Shown here in pieces: positions 51,978 to 61,607 of a DNA stretch of 64,000 nucleotides. Location of the stretch: positions 230,394 to 294,393 of the forward strand of contig CAVRDV010000001.1 in assembly GCA_963719955.1 (NCBI GenBank), given 5' to 3'. A program made the position numbers and the translations under genes. Each line of letters starts with the position of its first letter. The first letter of the stretch is position 1. Source of the DNA: an uncultured Actinomycetota bacterium (lineage in GTDB: Bacteria; Actinomycetota; Actinomycetes; Propionibacteriales; Nocardioidaceae). The notes under the pieces were generated by a model. The model did no database searches, was not told where the DNA came from, and was given only the letters and a program-made list of their open reading frames with translations.

Positions 51978-53651
51978 CTACGTCGTGGGTCGGACGTAGT
52001 GCGAACCCCGTCGCTCGCCACGCAGTTCGAGCTGGCCGGTGTCTGTGAGCCGCTTGAGGACGGTCCGTGCTTGACCGGGGCTGAGGTGGCAAAGCTCGGC
52101 GGCCTTGCCGCGGGTGATGGTTCCGAACTGCTCGACGTACGACAAGATCATCTGCTCCTGCTGGATCGGATCGGTGTCCCGCAGCCGAACGTACTCGCTG
52201 GACTGGGCAAGGCGGTAGAACGCCGCGGTGAGGTGGTGGCGGCGGTTCCGCCCGGGTCCCCTGGACTCGACCAGCCCCATCTCGGTGAGTCGGGCAAGGT
52301 GAGTGCGAGCCGAGGATTCCGACTCCTGGAGGGCCTCGACCAGCTCCGCTGTTGTCTCAGGACCCATGGCCTTGAGCTCGTGCAGGATCTGGAGTTGGGG
52401 CAGAAGCAGCACGCGGCCACTCGCGTCTTCGTACTCGAGCACGAATCGCACCATCTCGAGGTCGGCATCGCTGGTGCTGATCTCGACGATGACGGCGTGG
52501 CGATTGGTTGCCGAGTAGTCGGGGACGCCGCGGCCCATCCGGAGCAACTGGACATACATCCCGCGGATACCTCGACCAGCACGGTCGACGATGCCAGCGC
52601 GTTTGAACGCTTCCGCGAGGATGGGACTGCGCGGCTTCGAGTCATCGAGGAAGTTCTGAAGAGTGATTCCCGCCGGGAAGCCGCCGGGGCTTCGGACCCG
52701 GAAGCGATCTTCGCTGAGCTGGACCGATACGGGCCCGGTCTCGGAGTAGTCGCGGTGCACCAGCGCGTTGGCGATGGATTCGCGAATGGTGCCTTCTGGC
52801 ACGCGGGGAACGCCGACCCGGTGCAGGCCGACCATGAGTTCCTGCTCGGGGTTGCGCACACCGATGAGTTCAAAGAGTCGCTCGGCCGTGCGAAAGAGCG
52901 GTAGCCGCACCGTCTCGTTGGTGGTGACGGTCGTGCCGCGGAGCTCCTGGAAGACGACCTCGGCAGTGGGTATGAACCGCTCAAGGGCCATGGACGTGCC
53001 GAATAGCAGGATAGCGCCGAGCGTGAGCTCGTTGTCGTGCTCGGGCAGCACAAGGCGAAGGCTACGGAGCACTTCCTCGTTGCTGAGCTCTGCCAGCGCA
53101 CGGTCCCCCTTCCCGGCCGCACACAGTCGCCGGAAACGGTCGAACTCGACGGGGTCGAGGGCATCGAGGGTTGCGCCGCGTGCCGGGGTTGCTGCGTAGT
53201 CCCGCCCGTGAGCGCTCAAGCCAACCGAGAGCATCTCGTGCAGTGGGTAGGCAATGCACTCGGGCTTGCCGTCCGCTCGGAGTGATCGCCGGACGTACTT
53301 CCCTGACTTGGAGCCGACTGGGACCGGCGCCTCTGGAACGTCGATGACGGCGACTGACAGGTTGTCCAGTTCGACCAACTCGATCGAGGTCGCGAGCGGA
53401 GACTCCGTCTTGTTCAGGATCATCGCCTGCAGGAGGTGGGGCTGCGTCGATAGTCCATGTCGGGGCTCAAGGCCCGTGATGGTGCCGTCGTCCTCGACCC
53501 CGAGGAGCAGTCGCCCGCCGTCGCCGTTGGCCAGGCAGATGACGGCATCGACGATGTCGTTGTCACTCATCGCCGACCGCTGTCCGCGCTTGAACTCCAG
53601 GGTGAAGGACTCGCCTGCCGCGATGAGGTTGGTCAGCTCGTTCGGACTCAC
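51978..53651 (-). CDS. Schlafen/AlbA_2 domain + HATPase_c_4 (RecG-C-like) + C-terminal winged-helix protein
   Basis: GESFTLEFKR..ICLANGDGGRLLLGVEDDG; IRESIANALVHRDY, SPGGFP, PRSPILAEAF..DRAGRGI; C-terminal HTH segments. Start GTG 53651 (alternative ATG 53669). Confidence 0.88.
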   Translation of the reverse strand: MSPNELTNLIAAGESFTLEFKRGQRSAMSDNDIVDAVICLANGDGGRLLLGVEDDGTITGLEPRHGLSTQPHLLQAMILNKTESPLATSIELVELDNLSVAVIDVPEAPVPVGSKSGKYVRRSLRADGKPECIAYPLHEMLSVGLSAHGRDYAATPARGATLDALDPVEFDRFRRLCAAGKGDRALAELSNEEVLRSLRLVLPEHDNELTLGAILLFGTSMALERFIPTAEVVFQELRGTTVTTNETVRLPLFRTAERLFELIGVRNPEQELMVGLHRVGVPRVPEGTIRESIANALVHRDYSETGPVSVQLSEDRFRVRSPGGFPAGITLQNFLDDSKPRSPILAEAFKRAGIVDRAGRGIRGMYVQLLRMGRGVPDYSATNRHAVIVEISTSDADLEMVRFVLEYEDASGRVLLLPQLQILHELKAMGPETTAELVEALQESESSARTHLARLTEMGLVESRGPGRNRRHHLTAAFYRLAQSSEYVRLRDTDPIQQEQMILSYVEQFGTITRGKAAELCHLSPGQARTVLKRLTDTGQLELRGERRGSHYVRPTT

Positions 53652-53656
53652 GCCAC

Positions 53657-53716
53657 CATAGTTATGCATACTTATGGCTCTGGCAAGCGAGCAAGCCGGA
53701 GCCGATCATATTTATG
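53657..53716. promoter_or_regulatory. Three CATAnnTATG palindromes upstream of the Schlafen-domain gene
   Basis: CATAGTTATG 53657-53666, CATACTTATG 53667-53676, CATATTTATG 53707-53716. Confidence 0.65.
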
Positions 53717-53720
53717 TATT

Positions 53721-54896
53721 TCATTGATCGCGCCGCGCGCTCCAGGCGTGGTACGTCGCACCGATCTTCTCGGCGAGGGCCTTGTCCCGGTCGAGGGTGG
53801 CGTGTTGGTAGATCGCCATCGCCGCCTGGGAGGCATGACCTGCCCGGGCCTGGAGCTCGGCTGCAGTCGCTCCGTGCTGGCCGGCCAGCGTCAGGGCGGT
53901 GTGGCGCAGGTGATGGATCGTTAGGTCGGGGCGACCGGCCGCCTCGCGGGCGGGGCGGTAGCGGTCCATCAGGTAGCGGACGCTCATATGGTCGGTGCGG
54001 TCGCCGGGGAACAGCAGCCCGGACGGACCGGCTGCCGCGTGCTCGAGCAGGTGCTTCTGCAGCATCGGCAGGAACGGCGGCGGCACGTGCACCGTACGAG
54101 CTCCACTCCTGGTCTTCGGCGAGCTGATCGGGCGCCCGCACTCGGGACATGCACCGCGGACCGACGGGTCCGCATCCTTGTCGACCTTACGCGTGACGTC
54201 GATCCGGCCGGTAACACCATCGACGTCGGATCGTCGCAGCTCCAGCAGCTCGCCCTCGCGCAGGCCGACGTACGCGGCGAGCACGATGAGCAACCTCAGC
54301 CGCTCGGGCATCGCCTCGACGATCACAGCGAGCTCGTCGAACGTGGCCGGCACGGCGACGCGCTGCACCGGAGCACTGCTCGCGCCACGGATCTTGGGCG
54401 GCGCCCGGTCGATCAGCTCCTCCTCCTCGGCCGCCTGCAGCAGCGAACGCAACAGTCGGTACGCCGCGGCGTTTGTCGAATCGGTCGACGCATCGAGCGA
54501 CGCGCGCCAGGCCTTCATCTCGGACAGCGTGACATCGCGCAGTGGCATCTCACCGAAGTAGGGAAGGATCCGCGACGAGAGAAGCGACTCGTAGCCGCGC
54601 ACGGTGTTGGGTCGCAGGCCGCGCTCCTTCAGGTAGCGCTGCGAGAACGCCCCGACCGTGTTGGTCTCCGCCTCGCGCTCACGACGCTCAGCGGCAACCT
54701 TGCGGGCGGCTGGCGGCGTCCACGCGTCGCGGTCGATCAACGCCCGCTCCGTCGAGAGCCAGGCCTCGGCGTCCATCTTGGTGCCGAAGCTGCGCGAGTA
54801 GCGCGTGCCGTCAGGCATCGCATACCTCGCGCGGTAGGAAACGCCGCTCGCGCTGGCGCGTCGTTCGACCTCGCCGAATCCCCGCCGTCGAGCCAT
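53721..54896 (-). CDS. int: Tyrosine integrase
   Basis: Arm-binding N-terminus (GFGEV..YRARY..DG), GLREGE, PKT, HHLRHT, GHAS, IYQH. Confidence 0.95.
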   Translation of the reverse strand: MARRRGFGEVERRASASGVSYRARYAMPDGTRYSRSFGTKMDAEAWLSTERALIDRDAWTPPAARKVAAERREREAETNTVGAFSQRYLKERGLRPNTVRGYESLLSSRILPYFGEMPLRDVTLSEMKAWRASLDASTDSTNAAAYRLLRSLLQAAEEEELIDRAPPKIRGASSAPVQRVAVPATFDELAVIVEAMPERLRLLIVLAAYVGLREGELLELRRSDVDGVTGRIDVTRKVDKDADPSVRGACPECGRPISSPKTRSGARTVHVPPPFLPMLQKHLLEHAAAGPSGLLFPGDRTDHMSVRYLMDRYRPAREAAGRPDLTIHHLRHTALTLAGQHGATAAELQARAGHASQAAMAIYQHATLDRDKALAEKIGATYHAWSARRDQ

Positions 54897-55079
54897 CCCG
54901 AGACCTCCCAGAACCACCTGTGGGGGACTGTCCCCCTAACCCCCTGCTGCCGCGCCCCCTTGCTCCGTAAGTAGGGCGTGGGGGACCCATGGGGGAAAGA
55001 ATGGCAGATCACGCCCATCCGTGACCACCTGTGGCCTGCAGTTTCACGCTCAGGGAGGTTTCCAACGAGGTGATTTTGG

Positions 55080-55129
55080 CTGCTTTGCAAGCAGGGGGTT
55101 AGGGGTTCGAGTCCCCTTGGCTCCACCCG
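55080..55129 (+). repeat. attR (duplicated 3' part of tRNA-Ala)
   Basis: Identical to 41428-41477. Confidence 0.95.
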
Positions 55130-55903
55130 ATCGTGATGTCGCCGCCGTACTGCTTGATACGAGCAAGAAGGTCCTCTCGCGCCTCGTGTCCCGGCGTCAC
55201 GGCGAGGACTGAGTCGACAAGCTCCGGTAGGGATGTCCCACCAGCACCGGCCTCCAACCACTCGATACCGAGACTCAGGATGAAGAGATCCGTTTCGGGG
55301 ACCCCACCGTTGGACTGACCACGCTCGACCTGGTGAAAGCCGGACACGTGGTGCGTCGATACCGTCGACTGCGTCGTCTTCACCTCCACACCAACAGATC
55401 CGAGCTGGAAGTCCCTGGACGACGGATTGCTCCCGGCCCATGCAGCAAGCACGTCCGGCCTGGAAGGCTGTGGGACCTGGGTCAGCAGGCGGCGCAGTAG
55501 AGCCAACTCGCCAATCAGTCCGTTCAGGACCGGGTCGCCGACCATGTCTCGGGAGAGTGCCAGTGCCAGCAACGGCTCGACCGCAGCGAACGCTTCCTGA
55601 CGGTCCTCGTCGAGTCCGCTGCCAATCAGCTCGACGCAGAGCAACGCTGCGAGCTGGTCAAAGTGCTCGCCACGAGGGAGCACAATTCGCGCTGCGGAGA
55701 GGTCGCCCTGTGACGGCGGAATGGCAGGCACTGTCCCAGAAGACATCCAGACGCGCGGCAATCTGCCAGAGGCTTTCGACCGGCATCAGCGGCTTGCCAC
55801 ACCAACGCCTGGAACCTCTGAAGCCGTGCGACACCTGGTCGAGGCCGTCCTCCAGATCAACGACCGCGGCCGTCACGCTTCTTCGACACCCCTGAGGAGT
55901 CAC
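55130..55903 (-). pseudogene. Truncated PD-(D/E)XK motif protein (DUF4420-like)
   Basis: LNGLIGELALL..W.G...RDF...GVEVKTT...HHVSG..QVE; 3' end runs into attR, 5' part frameshifted and abutting an IS21 fragment. Confidence 0.72.
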
Positions 55904-55930
55904 GACACCGCCACCGATGGTGACGAGACG

Positions 55931-56924
55931 GTCTCAAGGAGCGGGTCCGCGAGCTTCGGCCGGTGTATCTGCCGCCGGATCCGTCCTCGCGCACGATCTA
56001 TGAGGCAGGTTCGGTGGCGCAGTTCGACTTCTGGTTCCCCGCCATCGAGTTGCCGGTCGGCTTCGGACAGACTCGCACCGCGAAACGGCTGCCGGTGATG
56101 ACGATGGTGTCGGGCTACTCGCACTGGACCAGCGCGGTCCTGATCCCGCGCCGAGAGACCGAGGATCTGTTCCCCGGTTGGTGGCACCTGATCCAGCAAC
56201 TGGGCGCGGTGCCGAAGTTGTTGGTGTGGGACGGGGAGGGTGCGGTCGGACGGTGGCGCCCAAGGAGTCCGCGCTCACCTTGGAGTGCCAGGCGTTCCGC
56301 GGCGTGCTCGGCACCAAGGTCTACGTGTGCAAGCCGGCCGACCCTGAAGCCAAGGGCATGCTCGAGCGGTTCCACGACTACCTCGAACGCTCGTTCCTGC
56401 CCGGTCGGGAGTTCACCGGGCCCGAGGACTTCAACACCCAGCTGTCCGGGTTCGTGACCAAGGCCAACGCCCGGAAGATGAGGGTCCTGGGATGCGCACC
56501 GAACGACCGGATCGCAGCAGACCGGGAAGCGATGATCCCGCTGCCACCGGTTGCCCCGGAGGTCGGGTGGCGTAAGTCGTTGCGGCTGCCGCGCGATCAC
56601 TACATCCGGCTCGATTCCAACGACTACTCCGTGCATCCCGCCGTCGTCGGGCGACGGATCGAGGTCCACGCCGACCTGGATCGGGTGTGGGTGACCTGCG
56701 AGGGCGCGATCGTCGCCGACCACGCCCGCGTGTGGGCCCAGCATCAGACGATCACCGAGTTCGAGCACACCGTTGCCGCGAAGCTGCTTCGACAGGGCCG
56801 TGGCGACCTGCTCCGCCCGGTCGCCGACGCGGTCACCGGCGAGGAGGTCGAGATCCGATCGCTCGGCGTCTACGACCGGGTCCTCGGCCTCGTCGACGGC
56901 CTGGTCGACGAGGGGGTGTCGTGA
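55931..56924 (+). pseudogene. istA: IS21 transposase IstA, N-terminally truncated and frameshifted
   Basis: LKERVRELRPVYLPPDP, AQFDFW, LVWDGEG, PEAKGMLER, DSNDYSV. Confidence 0.85.
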
Positions 56925-57430
56925 TGGCCACGCGCACCACCGCGAGGAAGACCGGCCGTGATGTCACCAGCGAGCTGGAGTTCCTGACCCGAGCGTTGAA
57001 GGCACCCACCTTGCGGGAGTCCGTCGCGCGGTTGGCTGAGCGGGCACGTGAGGAGTCGTGGACCCATGAGGAGTTCCTCGCCGCCTGCCTGCAACGCGAA
57101 GTATCGGCCCGTGAGTCCCACGGCGGTGAGGGACGCATCCGCGCCGCCCGGTTCCCCGCGCGGAAGTCGCTGGAGGACTTCGACTACGACCACGCCCGCG
57201 GCCTGAAACGCGACACCATCGCGCACCTGGGGACCTTGGACTTCGTCGCCGCCAAGGAGAACGTGATCCTCCTCGGCCCGCCCGGCACCGGCAAGACACA
57301 TCTGGCCACCGGTCTGGCGATCCGCGCCTGCCAGGCCGGCCACCGAGTCCAGTTCGCCACCGCGTCCCAGTGGGTCGACCGACTCGCTGAAGCCCACCAT
57401 GCCGGCCGCCTGCAAGACGGCCGATGCTGA
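56924..57430 (+). pseudogene. istB: IS21 helper ATPase IstB, C-terminally truncated
   Basis: ARFPARKSLEDFD, LGPPGTGKTHLA; stops before Walker B. Confidence 0.85.
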
Positions 57431-57807
57431 GCGGAAGATCGGCCCTGGGCCCACAAGACGACGGCCGCGGCCGAAGTGGTCGGCCCGGAACCACGAGTCG
57501 GATCCGGTTCGCGGTATGGGCCACCGTTCCGTCCGTGGTCGGCAGCTCGGTCTTCACGCACGGGGAGCATCGGTGGCCCGGCCCCAGGGTCTCGGAGGGT
57601 TCGACCTCCCGATAGGGGGCCAGTCTTCAGCCGTCGCCGACACAGCTCGACGGGGAAGGCGTTCGTCGACCTTGCCTTGGGCAACTGTCAGCGACCGGCG
57701 AGGGTCGGTCACGGCTGTCGGCGAGTCCATGGTGAGCGAGCCGGGGACAGGTGATCACGCCCAGCTCGGCAGCTGGGTGGCGACATGGTCGACTTGGGCA
57801 CGTCACA

Positions 57808-58623
57808 ATGGGGAGCAGTCGGCAGGCCGAGGACCCAGGGGGTGCCATGCCTTCGGTGGCGGGGATCCGCATTTCGCCTCTGCGTCGACCCGAGGTGATG
57901 CGACTCGTCGAGACGGCACTTGATGAGCGAACAGCGTTGCGGCTGACATTCCTCAACCCGGACTATGCACGTCGAGCCCTCCTCGACCCCCAGCTCCTGG
58001 CGGATATCAACGCGTTCGACCTCATCCTGGTTGACGGCAACGGGGTGCGGTTGCTGACGCCGCTGTACGGGTTCTCTGTTCCGGACAGGCTGGACACCGA
58101 CTCTATGGCGCCGGATCTGTTCCGGGCGCTTGGGCGTCGAGGCGGCCGTCTCTTCCTCTTCGGATGCGCCCCGGGAGTGGCGGAGCGAGCGGCTCGGAGG
58201 ATCGAGGCGGGCCTTCCGGGGCTCGCGATCGGTGCCCTCCACGGCTATCAGGATGTGCAGCGGGGGCATCCTGGTCACATCGCAGAGGAGGACGCTGACT
58301 CCATTGTGGAGTCGATCAACGAATTCGACGCCGACATTGTCGTCGTGAGTCTGCCCACCCCTTTGCAGCAACGCTGGGTGTCGACCTACGGGCAGCAGTT
58401 GACCGCGCCTGTGGTGATCACAGCCGGCTCGTACCTCGACCATCTTGCGGACTCAGGGGGCGCTGGCTACTACCCGCGATGGGTGAATCACCTGCAGCTC
58501 AACTGGCTCTATCGACTGGCCCGGGAGCCGCGACGGCTGTGGAGGCGCTACACGATCGAGATTGTTCACTTCGTTGTGCTTGTGGTGCGTGTCCGAGTGG
58601 GGAGGCGGACGGAATCGCGTTAA
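57808..58623 (+). CDS. WecB/TagA/CpsF family glycosyltransferase
   Basis: TFLNPD, LILVDGNGV, LFLFG, HGY, PLQQRW, NWLYRLAREPRRLWRRY. Confidence 0.9.
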   Translation: MGSSRQAEDPGGAMPSVAGIRISPLRRPEVMRLVETALDERTALRLTFLNPDYARRALLDPQLLADINAFDLILVDGNGVRLLTPLYGFSVPDRLDTDSMAPDLFRALGRRGGRLFLFGCAPGVAERAARRIEAGLPGLAIGALHGYQDVQRGHPGHIAEEDADSIVESINEFDADIVVVSLPTPLQQRWVSTYGQQLTAPVVITAGSYLDHLADSGGAGYYPRWVNHLQLNWLYRLAREPRRLWRRYTIEIVHFVVLVVRVRVGRRTESR

Positions 58624-58625
58624 GG

Positions 58626-60131
58626 GGCTCTTCCGAGTTTGGGTGGGGGGTGAGCGGCGCCCTGTCGTGAGCGTGCCTGCCCGGTGAGAGGCGTCGAGGC
58701 CTCCAAGATCGGTGGCGACCAAGCACACCGGACCGGAAGGCCTCGACGTTGTCCGAGCCTACGGCGCACGCTGTTGTGCGCTGCGATCACGTCACCAACT
58801 ACTGCTCGCGTTGCGACCTGCTCGTCGGCCTCGGCGATCTACGCGTGACCGATGTCGAGTTCGATCGCGATGTCGGTCTGCTCACGATCCGGGTCGAGTC
58901 GCCCCGGGCGCCGATGGTGTCGACGACAGATGGGCTGCAGAACCTGTGGGGTGATCGCGTACAGCCGCGGCCGCGACAACGTCACGCTGGTCGACGCACC
59001 GTGCTTCGACCGACCGGTCCGGCTCGTGTGGCGCAAGCGGGGCTGGCGCTGTGAGGAGCCGTCGTGCCCCACAAGGGTGTTCACCGAGCAGGACCCCGAT
59101 GTCGCAGCACCCCGGGCGTTGTTGACGACGCGGGCGTGCTGGTGGGCGATCAACCAGATTCGCCGCGAGCACGCCTCGATCGCCGGGCTGGCCCGGCAGT
59201 TGGGGACGACGTGGAACACGGTGTGGACCTCGATCCAGCCGCTACTGAAGGCGATGGCCGATGACGAGACCCGGTTCGCCGGCGTGAAGCGCCTTGGCGT
59301 GGACGAGCACGTGTGGCACCACGTGTCGGAGTTCCCGATCGCCGACGGCGGACGTGGACCCAAGCAGTTGACCGGAATGGTCGACCTGACGCCGGGCGAG
59401 GACGAGAACCCACGTGCGCGGCTTCTCGACTTGGTGCCCGGTCGACCGGGAGGGCCTACAGCGACTGGCTCGAAGAACGCGGCCAGGACTTCAAGAAAGG
59501 TGTCGAGGTCGCCACCCTCGACCCGTTCCACGGCTACAAGAACGCCATCGACGACCAGCTCGAGGACGCCACCGCGGTCCTCGAGGCCTTCCACGTGGTC
59601 AAGCTCGGCACCCAAGCCGTCGACGAAGTCCGACGCCGTGTCCAGCAAGAGATCCACGGCCACCGCGGCCGCAAGAACGACCCGCTCTACGGCATCCGGA
59701 CCATCCTGCGCTGCGGACAAGAGAAGCTCACCGACCGACAACAAGCCCGGCTCAACCGCGCGATCGCCGCCGACGAACGCCACGATGAAGTACTCGTCGC
59801 ATGGCTGTGCGCCCAACGACTGCGCTCCGCCTACAAGGCCAAGAACCCGGTCGAGGGCCGGCGGATCGCAGAGAAAGTCATCGCCTCGTTCCCGACCTGC
59901 CCGATCCCAGAGATCAAGCGACTCGGAAGGACACTGAAGCAGTGGCGCGAGGCGTTCCTGGCCTACTTTCGACACCGGCCGCGCGAACAACGGCGGCACC
60001 GAGGCCATCAACGGGCTGATCGAGCTCCACCGCCGCGTCGCCCGCGGGTTCCGCAACCGCGAGCACTACCGGCTACGCATGCTGCTCATCGGCGGCGGAC
60101 TGGCCCACCCCCACCTCAAGTAGGAAGAGCC
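58626..60131 (+). mobile_element. ISL3-family element with 8-bp target-site duplication
   Basis: IRs ggctcttccgagtttgggtgggg / ccccacctcaagtaggaagagcc; CGTTAAGG at 58618-58625 and 60132-60139. Confidence 0.92.
58749..60123 (+). CDS. ISL3 transposase; frameshifted
   Basis: CRTCG..WRKR.W.C..C, LGVDEH, LDPFHGY, FHVVKL, NGGTEAING. Confidence 0.88.
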
Positions 60132-60133
60132 CG

Positions 60134-60869
60134 TTAAGGGACGAACCGCCAGGGGCGTGGATCGTCGACCATCTGGGCCACTGATCCCACCTGTCGGATC
60201 GAATCTTCCAGGGTGACTCGGGTTGAGTATCCCAGGGACGAGATTCGCTGGAAGTCGACGTCATAGTTGCGTTGGTCGGGGTCTGCGCGGTCTGTCGAGG
60301 TCTCGACATGCATGGGATAGACGGCGTCAACGGCTTCGGCGATCTGAAGCTTGGTCAAGTTGAGGTCCGGGTTTCCCACGTTGAAGACACTGCCACTCAT
60401 GGCGGCATGATGATCGATTGCGAACGCGTACGCGGCGGCCGCGTCGGCGACATCGATGAAGGACCTTTGATCCTCTGGTTGGTAGAGCTCGAGCCATCCG
60501 AAGTGGACGGCCCTGTACACGAAGGCATTGAGCATCAGATCGAATCGCATACAGGGGCTGACGCCCACCACTGTGGCGAACCGCAAAGCAACCCCTCCCG
60601 CGGCGCATGCGATGCGTTCGCCCTCAAGCTTGGTCCGGCCGTAGCGGGTCAGCGGTTCTGGAGGGTGCTCCTCGTCGCAGAGACCGTCGACCCTGCCGTA
60701 CACCGACCCAGTGGATGCGTAGACGAGCGGTTGTCCCTCGCGAAGAGCCGACACCACGGTTCGAGTCCCACCCACGTTCACAGACTCGGCGCGTAGCGGA
60801 TCGAGGTCGCACAAGGGAAACCCGACCACGCCGGCCAGATGAACGACTGCGTCATGGGCCGAGACCTCG
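60134..60869 (-). pseudogene. NAD-dependent epimerase/dehydratase, 5'-truncated at the palindrome centre
   Basis: VVHLAGVVG, YASTGSVYG, YGRTK, LRFATV, FNVG; Rossmann GxxGxxG missing. Confidence 0.85.
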
Positions 60870-61605
60870 CGAGGTCTCGGCCCATGACGCAGTCGTTCAT
60901 CTGGCCGGCGTGGTCGGGTTTCCCTTGTGCGACCTCGATCCGCTACGCGCCGAGTCTGTGAACGTGGGTGGGACTCGAACCGTGGTGTCGGCTCTTCGCG
61001 AGGGACAACCGCTCGTCTACGCATCCACTGGGTCGGTGTACGGCAGGGTCGACGGTCTCTGCGACGAGGAGCACCCTCCAGAACCGCTGACCCGCTACGG
61101 CCGGACCAAGCTTGAGGGCGAACGCATCGCATGCGCCGCGGGAGGGGTTGCTTTGCGGTTCGCCACAGTGGTGGGCGTCAGCCCCTGTATGCGATTCGAT
61201 CTGATGCTCAATGCCTTCGTGTACAGGGCCGTCCACTTCGGATGGCTCGAGCTCTACCAGCCAGAGGATCAAAGGTCCTTCATCGATGTCGCCGACGCGG
61301 CCGCCGCGTACGCGTTCGCGATCGATCATCATGCCGCCATGAGTGGCAGTGTCTTCAACGTGGGAAACCCGGACCTCAACTTGACCAAGCTTCAGATCGC
61401 CGAAGCCGTTGACGCCGTCTATCCCATGCATGTCGAGACCTCGACAGACCGCGCAGACCCCGACCAACGCAACTATGACGTCGACTTCCAGCGAATCTCG
61501 TCCCTGGGATACTCAACCCGAGTCACCCTGGAAGATTCGATCCGACAGGTGGGATCAGTGGCCCAGATGGTCGACGATCCACGCCCCTGGCGGTTCGTCC
61601 CTTAA
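60870..61605 (+). pseudogene. Mirror copy of the 5'-truncated NAD-dependent epimerase
   Basis: Reverse complement of 60134-60869 with two synonymous differences. Confidence 0.85.
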
Positions 61606-61607
61606 CG

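Larger units (their letters stand above)
41428..55129. mobile_element. Integrative mobilizable element (~13.7 kb) in tRNA-Ala
   Basis: 50-bp perfect direct repeat at both ends, tyrosine integrase next to attR, excisionase-like HTHs, MobF relaxase; no T4SS genes seen. Confidence 0.92.
55931..57642 (+). mobile_element. IS21-family element, decayed (5'-truncated istA, 3'-truncated istB)
   Basis: istA/istB pair; right-end-like gggggccagtcttcagccgtcgccgaca ending at 57642. Confidence 0.8.

Noticed and set aside
55080-55129. Second tRNA-Ala gene
   Set aside because: Only the 3' part is present, with no acceptor 5' strand or D-arm; it is attR.
60800-60940. Hairpin telomere of a linear replicon
   Set aside because: No protelomerase in view, the centre lies inside a gene, and the arms diverge into different flanks.
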